From Catajapyx aquilonaris (Eukaryota), in NCBI GenBank assembly GCA_000934665.2, contig KZ538724.1:1-51282 (forward strand): 51,282 nucleotides of DNA, given 5' to 3'. Every line of letters begins with the position of its first letter. Position 1 is the first letter of the stretch. This document shows positions 11,920-24,500 of the stretch, one piece after another. The notes under the pieces are model-generated. The model searched no databases. It was not told the DNA's origin and worked only from the letters and a program-made list of their open reading frames with translations. Position numbers and translations under genes: made by a program.

Positions 11920-12517
11920 AATTGTAGCAGCTCTTAATAACGGCTAATTAAGTATGCGCTATGCAATTAGTGAATGGGAGTGTCTTCAGCGGTCTTTAGT
12001 CTTTACAGGTACGACAGGAATACGACTTTGGAAAACGCCTATAGAGGATCTATAGGCATGAAATTGCTCGCTAATAGTGTGCTAAATTATGCAACGTACT
12101 GCTTGCTTAACTCAACTGCTATGTACATAACAGCATAACTATATTTCTAACTGCTATGTTACAGCCGGGTACAGTACGGTACTGATCACGGTGGTACTGA
12201 TGTACTGTATACATGAAATGATGCGACTTGCTGCGCCAACAGGTGCAATCGGGCACAACATATGTAAATATGACACCATCAGATACTAAAAGACACCAGA
12301 CACAATGCGGCTTGCGCACGTGCTGTAAACAATCTCGAATGTCAATGCAGCTAATGGTTGTTTGTTCCCATGCAGATAGTTTTGAGTTTAATCTGGTTTC
12401 GGCCGGTCCAGCATAGGAATTCCGACTGAACATTACACTTCCTAAATCGAACCTTAAGGTTTCGCGAATTTCAACTGTGAAAATAAATCGTCCGAATATG
12501 AGCTACGCACACGTTAC

Positions 12518-12780
12518 CTCGCCTTGCATCACGTGCTGCAGCCCGCGCAAATATTTCTCTCTTCCCAACTCCGTCCGTCCACTGCACTACAACTCCCCAA
12601 GCAAAAATCGAACGCCACTGAAGTACGATACCCGTACCCGTATTTTCTCAATGTAACCATGACAGCTCGATGCAACATCGGCAACATCGCACAACAGGGT
12701 GGCCCTCTGATTGGCCATTCCGAATGAGCCCAACCAATAGGAGAACCCCGGCTGCAAAAGCAAGGGGCAAAACCAATGTT
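12518..12780 (-). promoter_or_regulatory. Candidate promoter and non-coding first exon (CCAAT cluster, X-box-like site, donor at 12517)
   Basis: CCAAT/ATTGG boxes at 12710, 12734 and 12773; RFX X-box-like GTAACCATGACAGC at 12653-12666; minus-strand donor GAG|GTAACG at 12517; CpG-rich. Confidence 0.4.
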
Positions 12781-13605
12781 GAATCTGCAACCATACGATT
12801 TGTCCTGAATGCGCAAAAAAAATGCAAATATTGACGTAATTATTTTTTGCGAATATTTTGCAAATATTTTGTAGTGATGTAGTGTACTGACAGTAGATAG
12901 TACCAGTACCTATACTTCCTGCTACCCCCCCTTCAGTACTGCTCCCCCTGCCTCCTCATCACCTCATTAGCAGAAAGCCCGTCATAAACCAAGGCCGTCG
13001 ACCACCAGCCGCAGCAAATGTGACTCACTGCATGGGTTGAACCGCTGGCTGGACCATCGAAGCTTCTTCACACTCCGTATCTCATCTGTGTACACACAAA
13101 CTTGTAAGCCATGCAACAACTGCCCACCATAAACCCGCCCACTTTCATATACTAATCAAGTGATAAGATCTGGCCCCTGGTTTGGGGTCAAACTGCCACA
13201 GAGCAGTCAGTTTTTTTTATCTGCCCAGTTGAGTGCATGTCAGGTGACGCTCTGGTGGGCACCAGTTTTCGCTACCTGGTATCTAGAGTGTGACCAAGTC
13301 TCTCGGGGAAGTGTTGTCTCGCAGTGTTGAGCCCAGTTGCAGAAAATGGTGTTTGCAGGTACTGTCAGGAAGGGTTACGTAACTGACATTTAACTGGCAG
13401 GAGTGATGGGTTGTGAGGAAATGGTGGGTGTGGCCAGTCTTGTCAGCCGTTATATGATTAGGGCGGGTGGCTAGTCTTTCTGTGCATTGCTCGGTCTTGT
13501 TTCAATGAGCTAGATTGCTGGGAAGCCCGTAGAGCAGCTTAAGACCTTGCAGATTATGATTACAACAGTTGTTGATGATTTAATTTTTCCTCAGGAGTGA
13601 CCAAG

Positions 13606-16600
13606 ATGTTAGCCTCAAGACATGGGTCCACAAATGCAGATCCGTTGGACCCCAACTCGGTGGAATGTGTGGTTCCGCCAACAACTACCAAACGGGGGAG
13701 TGGAGGAGAGAAGGCACCGCTTTTGAACCAGAGGCGCTTTCCATGGCGGTTGCTGGGGAGCCTGCGGTACTCCTCGTCGTCTTCGGCTGCGCCTGGAAAT
13801 CCACCTGCTGAACAGCCGACTGCACGGACTCTCAGCACGTTTGCTGGGGTGTTTTCACCTGTCACATTGTCCATGTTTAGTGCGCTTCTCTTTTTACGAG
13901 TGGGATATGTCATTGGAAACGCAGGGCTTCTGGAATCACTCATTCAGCTTGCCATCGCCTACTCCATACTTGTTTTTACTGTCACTTCGATCTGTGCCAT
14001 TTCCACAAATGGAGCAGTGGAGGGAGGAGGTGCTTACTGTATCCTTTTGTGCTGTTGTGTACATTATCAGTTTTTATCTCTCATAGTGCTACTTTTTATG
14101 CATAAACACAGATACAGGAAATTGACACCACTCATATCCTGTATGAAAGTCCATATTTTGCAATTGTTTTCCTTGACTAAATTATTTTATAGTCATGGTG
14201 AGCCGGACTCTTGGTCCTGAACTTGGAGGGTCAATTGGGGTGCTCTTTTTCTTTGCTAATGTAGTCAGCAGTGCCCTCTACATTGCTGGCTGCACTGAAG
14301 GTCTCATCCAGAATTTTGGGCCATCAGGTATGAAGGGCATGTTGTTTTATTGTAGAGATAGTTGCAATTATGTGATTACATGTAAGAAGGAAACAAATTA
14401 TGACAAATTAGGACCATGTGAAATTATTAAATGTACGCGTCCCTATCTGACTCGTTATAAAAGCAGCGTGACTGCCCTCCTAATTTAGACTTCCTGGTGG
14501 CTGCTCTTCATATCAGTGATAAACCGTTTTCCAGAGGGGTGTGAGTTTCTGGTTCAGTATACAAATCTCATCTTGACTACATCACAACCTCATTTTCTAA
14601 CACATCCTTAAAAAATTTAAATCAACAAGTGGTGCTTTGTCATAGCTGTAAAGGACATGGAGCTTTTCAAAGCTGATTGCATAAGAAGGGGAATTATTGT
14701 TTAGCTCTGCAAGTGTTTACAAACAGATAAGAATAATAGGGGTGTGTGCCTGAGACCATCCAACATGATTGGCAGCTACATTGGAATGATTAAGCCACAC
14801 GTGAACCATATATGCTGAGCATCTGTAATAGTTGCTATCAGCTTAATACATGATATCCATTAAATATGAACATAATGCAAATTGCAAAGTCATTGTTAGG
14901 CAGCAAATTTAGTACTTTTAATTGACACCTTTGTAATATAGGATTATAGGTTACACTCGTAACCTGCATTTCACATGAATTTATAACAAGTGATCCTTAT
15001 TTTCAGGGTACTTGTTAAGTGAAGGTGAGACTATTCTGCCCGACGGTCGGATGTGGCGCTTTCTTTACTGCTCTTGCCTGAACACACTTGGCCTGTTTGT
15101 CTGTCTTATTGGTGCCGCAATGTTTGCCAAGACCAGTGTCATCATCCTGGCTGTTGTATGCATCTGTCTCTCATCAGTGATTATCAGCTTTTTTGTGGAA
15201 GGCCCGAAAGAGGTGAGTTACTGCACCATCCGGATGCTGTATGACACTGGGAAAAATTCATTCCACTGTCACCCACCCAGCAGGCTTGCGTGGCATTTTA
15301 AATACATGCAGCCAGTGTGGCATAGATTGATAGTTTTCTCCGTTTTCAGGTTGGCCTTCCTGCATCCAACACACTAGTGCAGAATAGTACTCATCCAGTG
15401 AATGGCACGTACACTGGCCTGAGTTCTGAGACACTCCATGAGAATTTTTTCAGTGGATATAGTCGAGACTATACCATGGATGGGCAGCTGGTGGACTTTG
15501 CAACTGTATTTGGTGTCCTCTTCAGCGGTCTGACTGGAATAATGGCAGGTGCCAACATGTCTGGAGAGCTCAGAAATCCAGGACGTAGCATCCCCAGGGG
15601 AACTCTCTCAGCGATTGCTTTCACTGGATTCGTCTACGTGACATTAGCTCTTCTGACTGCAGCCACGTGCTCACGATTCCTTCTTCAGAATAACTACATT
15701 TACATGCTGGGTGTAAACCTGTGGTCACCATTTGTCACCATTGGTATAATCACTGCCACATTCTCAGCAAGTTTGAGCAACCTGATTGGCTCTAGCCGAG
15801 TTCTAGAGGCTGTGGCAAAGGATGAGATATTTGGATGTGCCCTTAACTTTGTCGTCAAGGGCACCACAAAGGGCGGGAATCCAGTGGTTGCCGTGGTCGT
15901 TGCCTGGCTGCTAGTGGAGCTCTTCCTCATGATTGGATCTTTGAACCTGATTGCACAGCTGAACTCGGTCCTGTTTCTGCTGGCCTACCTGGCCATGAAC
16001 ATGGCTTGCCTTGGTTTAGATCTGGCTTCTGCCCCAAACTTTCGGCCTACATTCAAGTACTTTGGATGGCACACTGCTCTGATTGGTTTGCTTGGGACTG
16101 TCACCATGATGTTTGTCATCAACCCAGTCTACGCCAGCTTAAGCATGGTTGTCTGTCTAGTGCTGGTTATTGCCCTTTACCTCTTCTCACCAACGAGGAG
16201 CAACAATTGGGGATCAATCAGTCAAGCTCTCATCTTCCACCAGGTCAGTTGGCAGTGTTGTTAATATTACAATTTCTCTGCTCACTCAAATGCAACTTGT
16301 GCCTTGTTCTTCATCAGGTACGCAAATACCTCCTAATGCTGGACTCTCGTAAGGACCATGTGAAGTTCTGGCGCCCCCAGATTCTACTTTTGGTTTCGAA
16401 TCCCCGTGCCGCCTGCCCACTGATTGACTTTGTGAACGACCTGAAGAAGGGTGGCCTGTACGTTCTGGGCAATGTCAAAGTAGGGCAGTTTGAGCAGATG
16501 GAGACGGATCCTACTTTGGAGGAATATTCATACTGGCTTTCTCTGGTGGATCACCTCAAAGTCAAAGCATTTGTGGAGCTTACTGTTGCTCCGTCTGTCA

Positions 16601-17798
16601 GAGAAGGAGTGCAGCACATGATGCGAATTTCAGGTCTTGGAGCGATGAAGCCAAACACCATCATCCTGGGCTTCTATGACCATGATAGGCCTACTGACTT
16701 TTTTGAAACGTAAGGAATTTAAAATATCGATTGCATTTACTCCAGTCTAGATCATTGGACAGGCTGATACATACGTATCTGTTGTTACACTAATTAAGAG
16801 TACTGTAAGTAGGCATCTAGTCTGAAGGAGCACGATGATTTGCCTAATTGAGATAACTATTTCATGTTGTCATGAAAAACTCCCGACAGTATGTGATAAG
16901 CTTTGGGGCTTACCATTTTTGTCCTTGCAGGGAAGAATCCCCTTTCAGAACAGAGCGGTTCAGATCCTGCATGGTGGAAGGTATAGAAATTTACACCCTG
17001 AGAGCCACTGAGGAGAAGTCTGTGGATCTCTTTGAATATATGGCCATCGTCTGTGACGTTCTCAAGATGAATAAGAATGTATGCCTATGTCGCAACTTTG
17101 CCCAACTTGACAAGAACGTTGTTGCCAAGTGAGTCTCTTAACATCCCTTGCACTGAGAATAGTGATGTAATTATTTATTCCCTTCTTTTTTAGGAGTCGC
17201 CGCCTGACTTTCATAGATGTGTGGCCAGTGAACTTCTTTGATCCTAATGATGTGGGTTGCCTGTTTGACACAAGCAGCTTATTCATGCTTCAACTAGCTT
17301 GCATCCTGAACATGGTGAACAGCTGGAAGGGACTGAAGATCCGTGTCTTTGTGTGTGGAACACAGTCAGATACCGATGCCCAGAGGAGAAAAGAGCATCT
17401 GAGTACCCTTCTGGCAGAACTGAGGATACACGCTTCCATCTGCATCCTTAGGCTCGACCAGGTGGTAAAGGCTCAGCAAGAGGATGCTCCTGAGGAAGAC
17501 TCGACATCTCCATGGCAAATTGGGGCCATCAAAGATGAATACATACAAGGGTAGGTGATGTGTGAAACCTTCAAACATCGCTGTGTGTAATATTGTGAAA
17601 TATTGTATTTACAGAGCCAGACAGTTGATGAAACAACAATCTGGCAATACGGCTGTCAGCTTGCTCTATCTGCCTCCGCCACCAAAGGAATCCGACGCCT
17701 GGCAGACCTATTTCCGACTTCTGACCAACCTGACTGAAGCACTTCCACCAACTGTCCTTGTGTCAGGAGTCAGTGCTGTAGTAACCACCACCCTCTAA
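13606..17798 (+). CDS. SLC12A9: Solute carrier family 12 member 9 (CIP1-type cation-chloride cotransporter, ~932 aa). Exons 13606-14038, 14193-14327, 15007-15212, 15350-16243, 16318-16709, 16931-17128, 17194-17550, 17615-17798
   Basis: Motifs '[27 protein letters not shown]', '[32 protein letters not shown]', '[13 protein letters not shown]', '[38 protein letters not shown]' and '[10 protein letters not shown]...TTTL*' match remembered SLC12A9. Phases are consistent; total 2799 nt. Confidence 0.95.
14039..14192 (+). other. U12-type (minor spliceosome) GT-AG intron in SLC12A9
   Basis: 5' splice site GTATCCTTT at 14039, branch site TTTTCCTTGAC at 14167-14177, AG 15 nt downstream, no long polypyrimidine tract. 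Splicing restores GGAY-F-MVSR. Confidence 0.92.
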
Positions 17799-19301
17799 TC
17801 AAGAGCGAGGCTGTTGTTGGACCAGCTCACCTAACGAGTGTAACCTATAATTTATGATCAGTGAACTGCCATCAGTGGCCATCCGAACCACATTCACCTG
17901 GGATGTAAGATCCTGTCGATAGAAGTGCAGAGATGACGTTAGCATTTACTGAGCATTCTACATAGCTAAAATTGTAGCACGTAGCTAAGCACTAATAGGG
18001 CGTTCTGAGTGCGTTTCTGTGTTTAGCTTTCGACTGACTTCGCAGTGTCAAGACAATCATGTTTTAACCCCGTAATAGGCTTCCTGGTCTTCCATAAAAT
18101 GCTTGGGAAATCATATGTACTCCTGCGCTCCCCACCCATTATGCCCCATTATTTAATATAAAGCGTTGTGCCTTAGCACATGAACATTGCAGGCATTTCC
18201 CACAAAAAAGGCAAAAAAAAATAGTGTACCTGTTGTCATTCACCATAAAGTATTTTCTTCCTGCACACAGTAATGCGTATTTAACGCGTGTCTTGGAACC
18301 AAAGTAATAATAGTGATAACGATGTAATTATTGTAATAGCTGTAAGGGAAGTAACATATCTAGTGTTTGTGTGTTGAAAGTTGTATTTATGTAACTAAAA
18401 ATCTACTTAACGTGCACTGAGAGTCGAAGGAAAACAATTCAATTCCAGTAAAAACGTTTTTATTTCTGTTTTGTAAACATGCAGAATTTTTTGGGGCTAC
18501 CCTGACAGTATAAAGTTTCCAATTGCTATATACACAAATTCAAAAAAAATTATCCTACCAGTTGGGAAGGTCATTTTTTTATCAATTTGTTTTTATATCT
18601 TTCAGGTTTTGGGTGAAAAATTCATCACACATTTAAGATCTACCCTAACAAGTGAAAAACTTGGAGAATACAGTTTTGAGGAATAGTCGGGATAAACAAA
18701 CAGGACAGGGAAAGCAATAGGTCATTAGATGTTGCATGTCACTATTATTATTTTTAGAATAACAGCAATGTAATCTGATTTTAAAAAATGAGGTGGGTTG
18801 CTAGGTCAGGGGGAGGTCACGTATTTTGTGTAGACATGAGTCCACCAGTCAGTTCCCCCGCCCACACCCCCGCTAAAATTTGCACCCCACATACGTATTA
18901 CCCTGATCAGACCGACATATATCAGAAAAAAAATTGGAATGACGGCATTTTGTTGAGTCTCTTAAGTCCATTTTTAAGTCATTTTCTTTTAAAACCCTAT
19001 TTTGTTTCTAGGTTGGATTCACCCAAATTTTTTGTCAGACGCTCCTTGAAAGGCACAATTGACCATATCTTTTTATAGATCCCCATATGCTTTTTCTTAC
19101 TTTCTTTCCTCCTTTCCCCTCGTCTTCTTTTGATAACCTTCGCACAAAAATTTTGTATTGCTGGGTTTGGGGGGGTGTCAACATTTTGTGTATTGTGTAC
19201 TACTGCGTAATATGGTTGTGTCAAGCATTCTATAGATAAGTTTGTCACATTTCCTTGGCACAGCGTCACCATTCATGTCACTTTTTGTGAAACACTTTAA
19301 A

Positions 19302-20234
19302 ATGCCACGTAACTACGCCCCACCATCATCACGCTCTGGGAGAACCTCGGATTCAATTGGAACAAATTGCTGTGAAAAGGAAAAAGGTAATGAAATATTA
19401 ATTGCAATGCACTACATTTAGACGTAATCATTAGCATCACTGCAAGAGAGTAGTGAAAGTTGGAAAGTGAAATTATTACCAGGCTGAATTTAAGTTGGGA
19501 TTTAGAATGCTATGGTGCACTATCACCATAACAATTGTTACAATTTCATGAAGTGTAATAATAATTGCGCCATTTTCCACTTCATTTATGTGCTCTTTCA
19601 CACAAACCAACTTCTTATCACTACCACACTATCAGATATGATGCAGGTAACTATTGTGCTACTTGCTAGTAGTATTAGTGTGCCTAGATGGGTGGGGGAT
19701 AGGGATAGGTCTGCACTTACACCATGTCAATCTAAGCATTTTAAAAACCATAGCCCCATATTTTGTAAGCCTGCTCTCTCTCTGCTAAGTCTATTCCTTT
19801 TGGTCACTTCATTAGCTGCTAAAAAACTTTTGGTAGGTGACAGAACAAGTCATTATGCAGCGCAAATCCAGATCACAGTCTGGATGCTCAGTGATGCCCC
19901 ACTTGAACTGTTCAAGGCAGAGTAATGCCAGTACGTATATGAACTACTGTTTGCAGTCAGATGCTATCATGAGGCACAGTCCAATAATAATTCAAGTTGG
20001 ATGTCTCTGAGCATTTTCCAAACAGGACAGACCGTGGTACCAAATAAATGTATTGACATATACAGTCCACATTCACTCACCAAGGTGGTGGATAGGGAAA
20101 AATTGCTACAATATCTGACTCCCTGTAGCAAGCTTGTAGGCAAGAGTGGCGCATTTTGTTCAAAAGAATTCACAAATATTGCTTCAAATATTAAGGTGGA
20201 AATGAAGCGACTTGCTAATCAAATGAGAGTCTAG
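19302..20234 (+). CDS. Candidate small orphan protein (132 aa). Exons 19302-19386, 19636-19646, 19837-19930, 20026-20234
   Basis: GT-AG exon chain with donors GTAATG, GTAACT and GTACGT whose phases (1,0,1) join an ATG to a TAG in one frame. No recognisable homology. Confidence 0.3.
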
Positions 20235-21597
20235 AATTGGAATGTTAATAAGAAGGGCTAAAATCAGGGAAACATACGCAACCGATGCAGCAGGAAATGC
20301 TGTTCAATCCTATGCATTCCATTCGAATCTGCGTTTTAAACTCGATTTAATATGGGCCTATTACCGGCTGCAAGTTTTTGTGCGCAGGCGCCATTTTCAC
20401 GACTGCCAACTTAAACATGGTATTTGGAGGTGTGCTTAATATTTGTTATTTTTGATGGAAATCGATTTAATCCGGTCGTAATTACGAGGTCCCAATTTGT
20501 CATAGCATTTTTAAAAGTTCAGTTCCGAAAGGGGAGCCTGTAGCTCTTCATTTGTGTCGGATTTGGAACACGTTCAGTTGGTACGCGTGTGACAGGTAGA
20601 AGCGGCAACGCAGCACAGGTCCGGGCCAATTATCGCGTAGCAATGTGACGTCATTGCCGGGTGGATTCGAATGATTCGATTTTTATATTATAATTATAAC
20701 TATATAAACTAATATAACGGTTCTGACGTCTGACAAACACCCCCGCCAAACGAAAATCCTGTGTGAGCCATTGTGAAAACCATCATACTAACTTGCACTC
20801 ATATTTCGCGGTCGTATGCAACCGTATCTCGCTTCCGTAAACAACGCAGTGTTGCCACGTCCTCACTCGAGTGGAGCAATGTGACGTCACTGGATCATTT
20901 TCGGATAGTTTTTCAGCGATACAAATTGAAAGAGCACGGTGAGGCAGGTTTTTCTTTTTGCGGTTACGATCAGTATATAATTCCCGACATATTCCACATT
21001 AAAATTCAAAATTCTCATTTGCTTATCATTTTTTTGTGGACTATTGAAAATTCTGCCATAAGAGCCCATGTTAAATCGCGAACTTCTGAGCCCTCTAGTT
21101 CGCTAATTTGCACGGTGACGTGTATTTTTCTTTGCACCATTGATAAGAGGACACAAAACTGCGTAACATATGTTTTTTTCATAAAATTCTCATTGAGTGA
21201 CTCTAGCTTCATTTCCACCTTAAACAACTTGTTCACACATTCAAGCGGCATCTTTAGTCCATGTGTCAACAAAGTCCTCACAAGTTGTTCCAATTTTTGA
21301 GAATGATTTTTTTTGTGGTTGACCAAAAACATTCCCTAGCAACCTGCAGACTTAAAAATTCTGCTACTAAACAAAAATCCACATCAACAAGTAAAAATTG
21401 GGAGTGAGTAATCATCCCACTCCCTTCTCATTCCCCCCTTGGACTGAGGACATCAGCAGTACATCATCTTGTAGAGTGACTTCATCAATCTAACTACAAA
21501 TGAACAAAAAAAAAAAAAAAGTGCATAACCACCAGGTCTATAGACATAAGGTGGATATAAGGCTACATGACAGTGTCCTGGCAGTTAAGAGAATCTC

Positions 21598-24500
21598 TCA
21601 CGAAGTTACGCTACTTACTCTCTCCTCAGACTCCCTAAGAACTTGGGCCACAGGATTGCTGAGCGCACGCCGCAAGTCCTCATCCAAAGGTGACAGAGGT
21701 GAGGTGACCAACACACTAGGGGTAACCTGGTGATGCTGCTGGTGGTGATGGTGGACCAAGGCAACCCTTGGGCTTCCCCTAGTTTGCTCTGAATGGTGGC
21801 AACCTTCGGGACACCTACCACCACCACTGCCCCCTCCGCAAGTGTACACACACACTTCCTGGTCCAAAAGTGCCTCTTGATATCTCTCTTCAGTCTGATG
21901 CACCAGGGTGCGGCGAAGCATTGACTTGTCAGCCTTCAGTTCCTCTGAAAAAACAAAAGGCACAAGTAGAAAATGTCACATGGAGGGATGGCTCAAGCTG
22001 ACAAGACCTGGTTCACATAGGTTAGTTAACCCTTTGGGCAATCTTGGAAAGGACATTAGTAAAATTATGGCAGTTGGGTTTCTCAACTAAAATAATTGGT
22101 ATATGCTGCAATCGATGAATGTCATTTTTTTTTTAAGGTTGCCTTCCATGTCAAATGTCAAGGGTCAACAGTGCACTTGATGATAAAAGCATGAAATTTT
22201 GTAGGCATGTCCTTGGGACCATACTATTCTAATTCAGATTTGGCGCCACGCCCGATTTCGTCCAAGAGGCCCGTAATTGCGGGTTGCCTACCCTTCACCT
22301 AGTGAAAAGTATTTTTAAAGTCGCTGTATCTCCAGAAATACGGACCGTACGTGGAAAAGGTACTTGTACATTTTTGTAGAATACATGTTTCTCTACAACC
22401 TTTGTTTGACACATATCCTCCTGAGAAGCACAGCTCACTCAGAAAAATGCTTTTCACTCGATTCAAGGTAGCCAAACAGCCTCCAGGGCGAAAACGGGGG
22501 TGGCGCCATATCTGCATTTGAAGAGTGTGGTCCCAGGGACATTTGCACCAAATTTCGTCCCTCCAAACCATGTTAAGGAATAAAAATAATAATTTTTCTT
22601 AGCGGCGGCACGCCAACATTCTTCATAGCAGCCGCCATTATGGATTCTTTTCTTTTCCCACGGTGCAGGCTTTTCCCAACAGATGGCTAAGTACACTTAT
22701 AAGTTACTAGAGGTTGTATCCCCGAACATACACCATCCATTTTCGAGCACTTCTCTCTGGCAGGCTCGTTTAAAATGTCTGAAAACAATTTATCTCCAGA
22801 GATACATTGCTAATTAAAGGGTTAAGTTATAGAATTTGCATTGCTCCATCTCTAAATGCTGTTCACCTGACCCAAAATTTGGGGAAATTGAGTATGCTAC
22901 TGGTAAAAAATGTATTGACACAACATCCACCACAAATGTAGCAACTAACCAGCGAGGTGTGTTTGATGCAACAGTCCCACAATTTCCTCATCATCACCAG
23001 AGTCGTGATGTTGCAGTCCTGCAAATTGGGGCCGTTGTTTGACAGCCATTATAAAGCCCTGGGGTGGTCCTGGAGTGCTGCAGGCACCTGGTGTGGTTGG
23101 CCCTCCTCCACCACCACTGCTGCCTTGTGAAGAAGCCATTACACAGGTGACCTCTAGGTCTTCGTCGTCATCATCCCCATCTTCATATAGGGCAGCAATG
23201 GACATTTTGACTCGGCAGGATATTCGTTGCAGTGCCACAGGGGTGGCCAGACGCAGACTTCGCTTGTTGCTGCGCCTGGCCACACTGAGTGGGGTGGCTG
23301 CAACAGGAGTGCCTCGTGGAGTACACAGGAAAGGAAGCGAGTTCTTCAGACCACTGAAGGTAAGTTGTAAGTGGCAGTTTGGAGGCAGCACTGTCTTCTT
23401 GGCAGGGGTAGTGAAGATCACCTTTCCCTCACCCACTTCTCCGTTGAGAGTTAAGTCAAAATCCTCTGCAGTCAGGGTTTTCTGTACAAAACCAAAAACA
23501 TACAAATCATGAAGACTACTTTTAAAGAATGCACTATATCATTTAACTACGGCACAGTTGGAAGCGGGTATGAAAATTCTACTATGCACAGTTTGCAACC
23601 TTACCTCTTCGCAAATGGTTTCTTCCAGAGGCTGGACTGCAATGTCTAGATTGGAAGAATCTAGTTGGCAATTGTGCAATTGTGGTGAGCGTCTTGCAGG
23701 AAATTGCAAGGTCTCGCCAAAGCATAGTTGATGCTTGGCCCTGGGCTCCTTAAACCTCTCTCCGCTGGCCAGCAGCGGTGCAAGAGACTTTATTTGTGTT
23801 GTTTGCGACACTACACTCTTGATATTCCTTGCAGGCAATAATATCTGCCGCCTGGGCTTTAACCTGGTCGTCAGGGATGGCCTTAAAGGTGGCCTTCTAT
23901 TCACAATGCTTAGTTTTTCACCAGATCTATTCTTGATCCTGATGCTGCTCCTATCCAGCTGCCTCAGTTGCTCCTGCTGAACTGACCGAGGAACTCTCTG
24001 GGGCTGTAAAACTCCACTGGATTCTTGGAACTTAGTTAACCCTCGCTGCTCTGAAAAGGAGGGTGTTGTGATCCTACTCTTGGTCCTGTTATTCTCCTCC
24101 AACTGTCTCAGTTGCTCCTGTTGAACTGACAGAGGAACTCTCTGGGGCAGGATAACTTTTGTGGTCTCTTGAGAATTAACTGTAGCTCTTGGCCGTGAAA
24201 AGATCTGTCCTGTGGTCTCCTCAGTCTGACCACCGACTGATCCTGGGGGCCTTCGAGGTCGAAATGTGAACTGAAGGGCGTTGGAGGTGTTGCAAGGCGT
24301 TTGGGTGGATGGGAGGCACCTCTGAGGGCGAAATAAAGGAAAAGTTGGGGCAGGGGAGAATGCAGGTAGACCCGCCTGGATCCTCTGAACAGACAAGGGG
24401 ACTCTTTGGGGGAAGAATCGAGGTTGAGTGGTGAGAGTGCTCGTGGAAACCACAGGTTGTCCTAAGGTTTGTCCAGGAGCTGGGTTGTGTGGACCCAGGG

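Noticed and set aside
20773..21332. 175-aa (+) and 105-aa (-) ORFs between the orphan candidate and the tastin-like gene
   Set aside because: No domain or convincing splice context; probably 3' UTR or transposon remnant.
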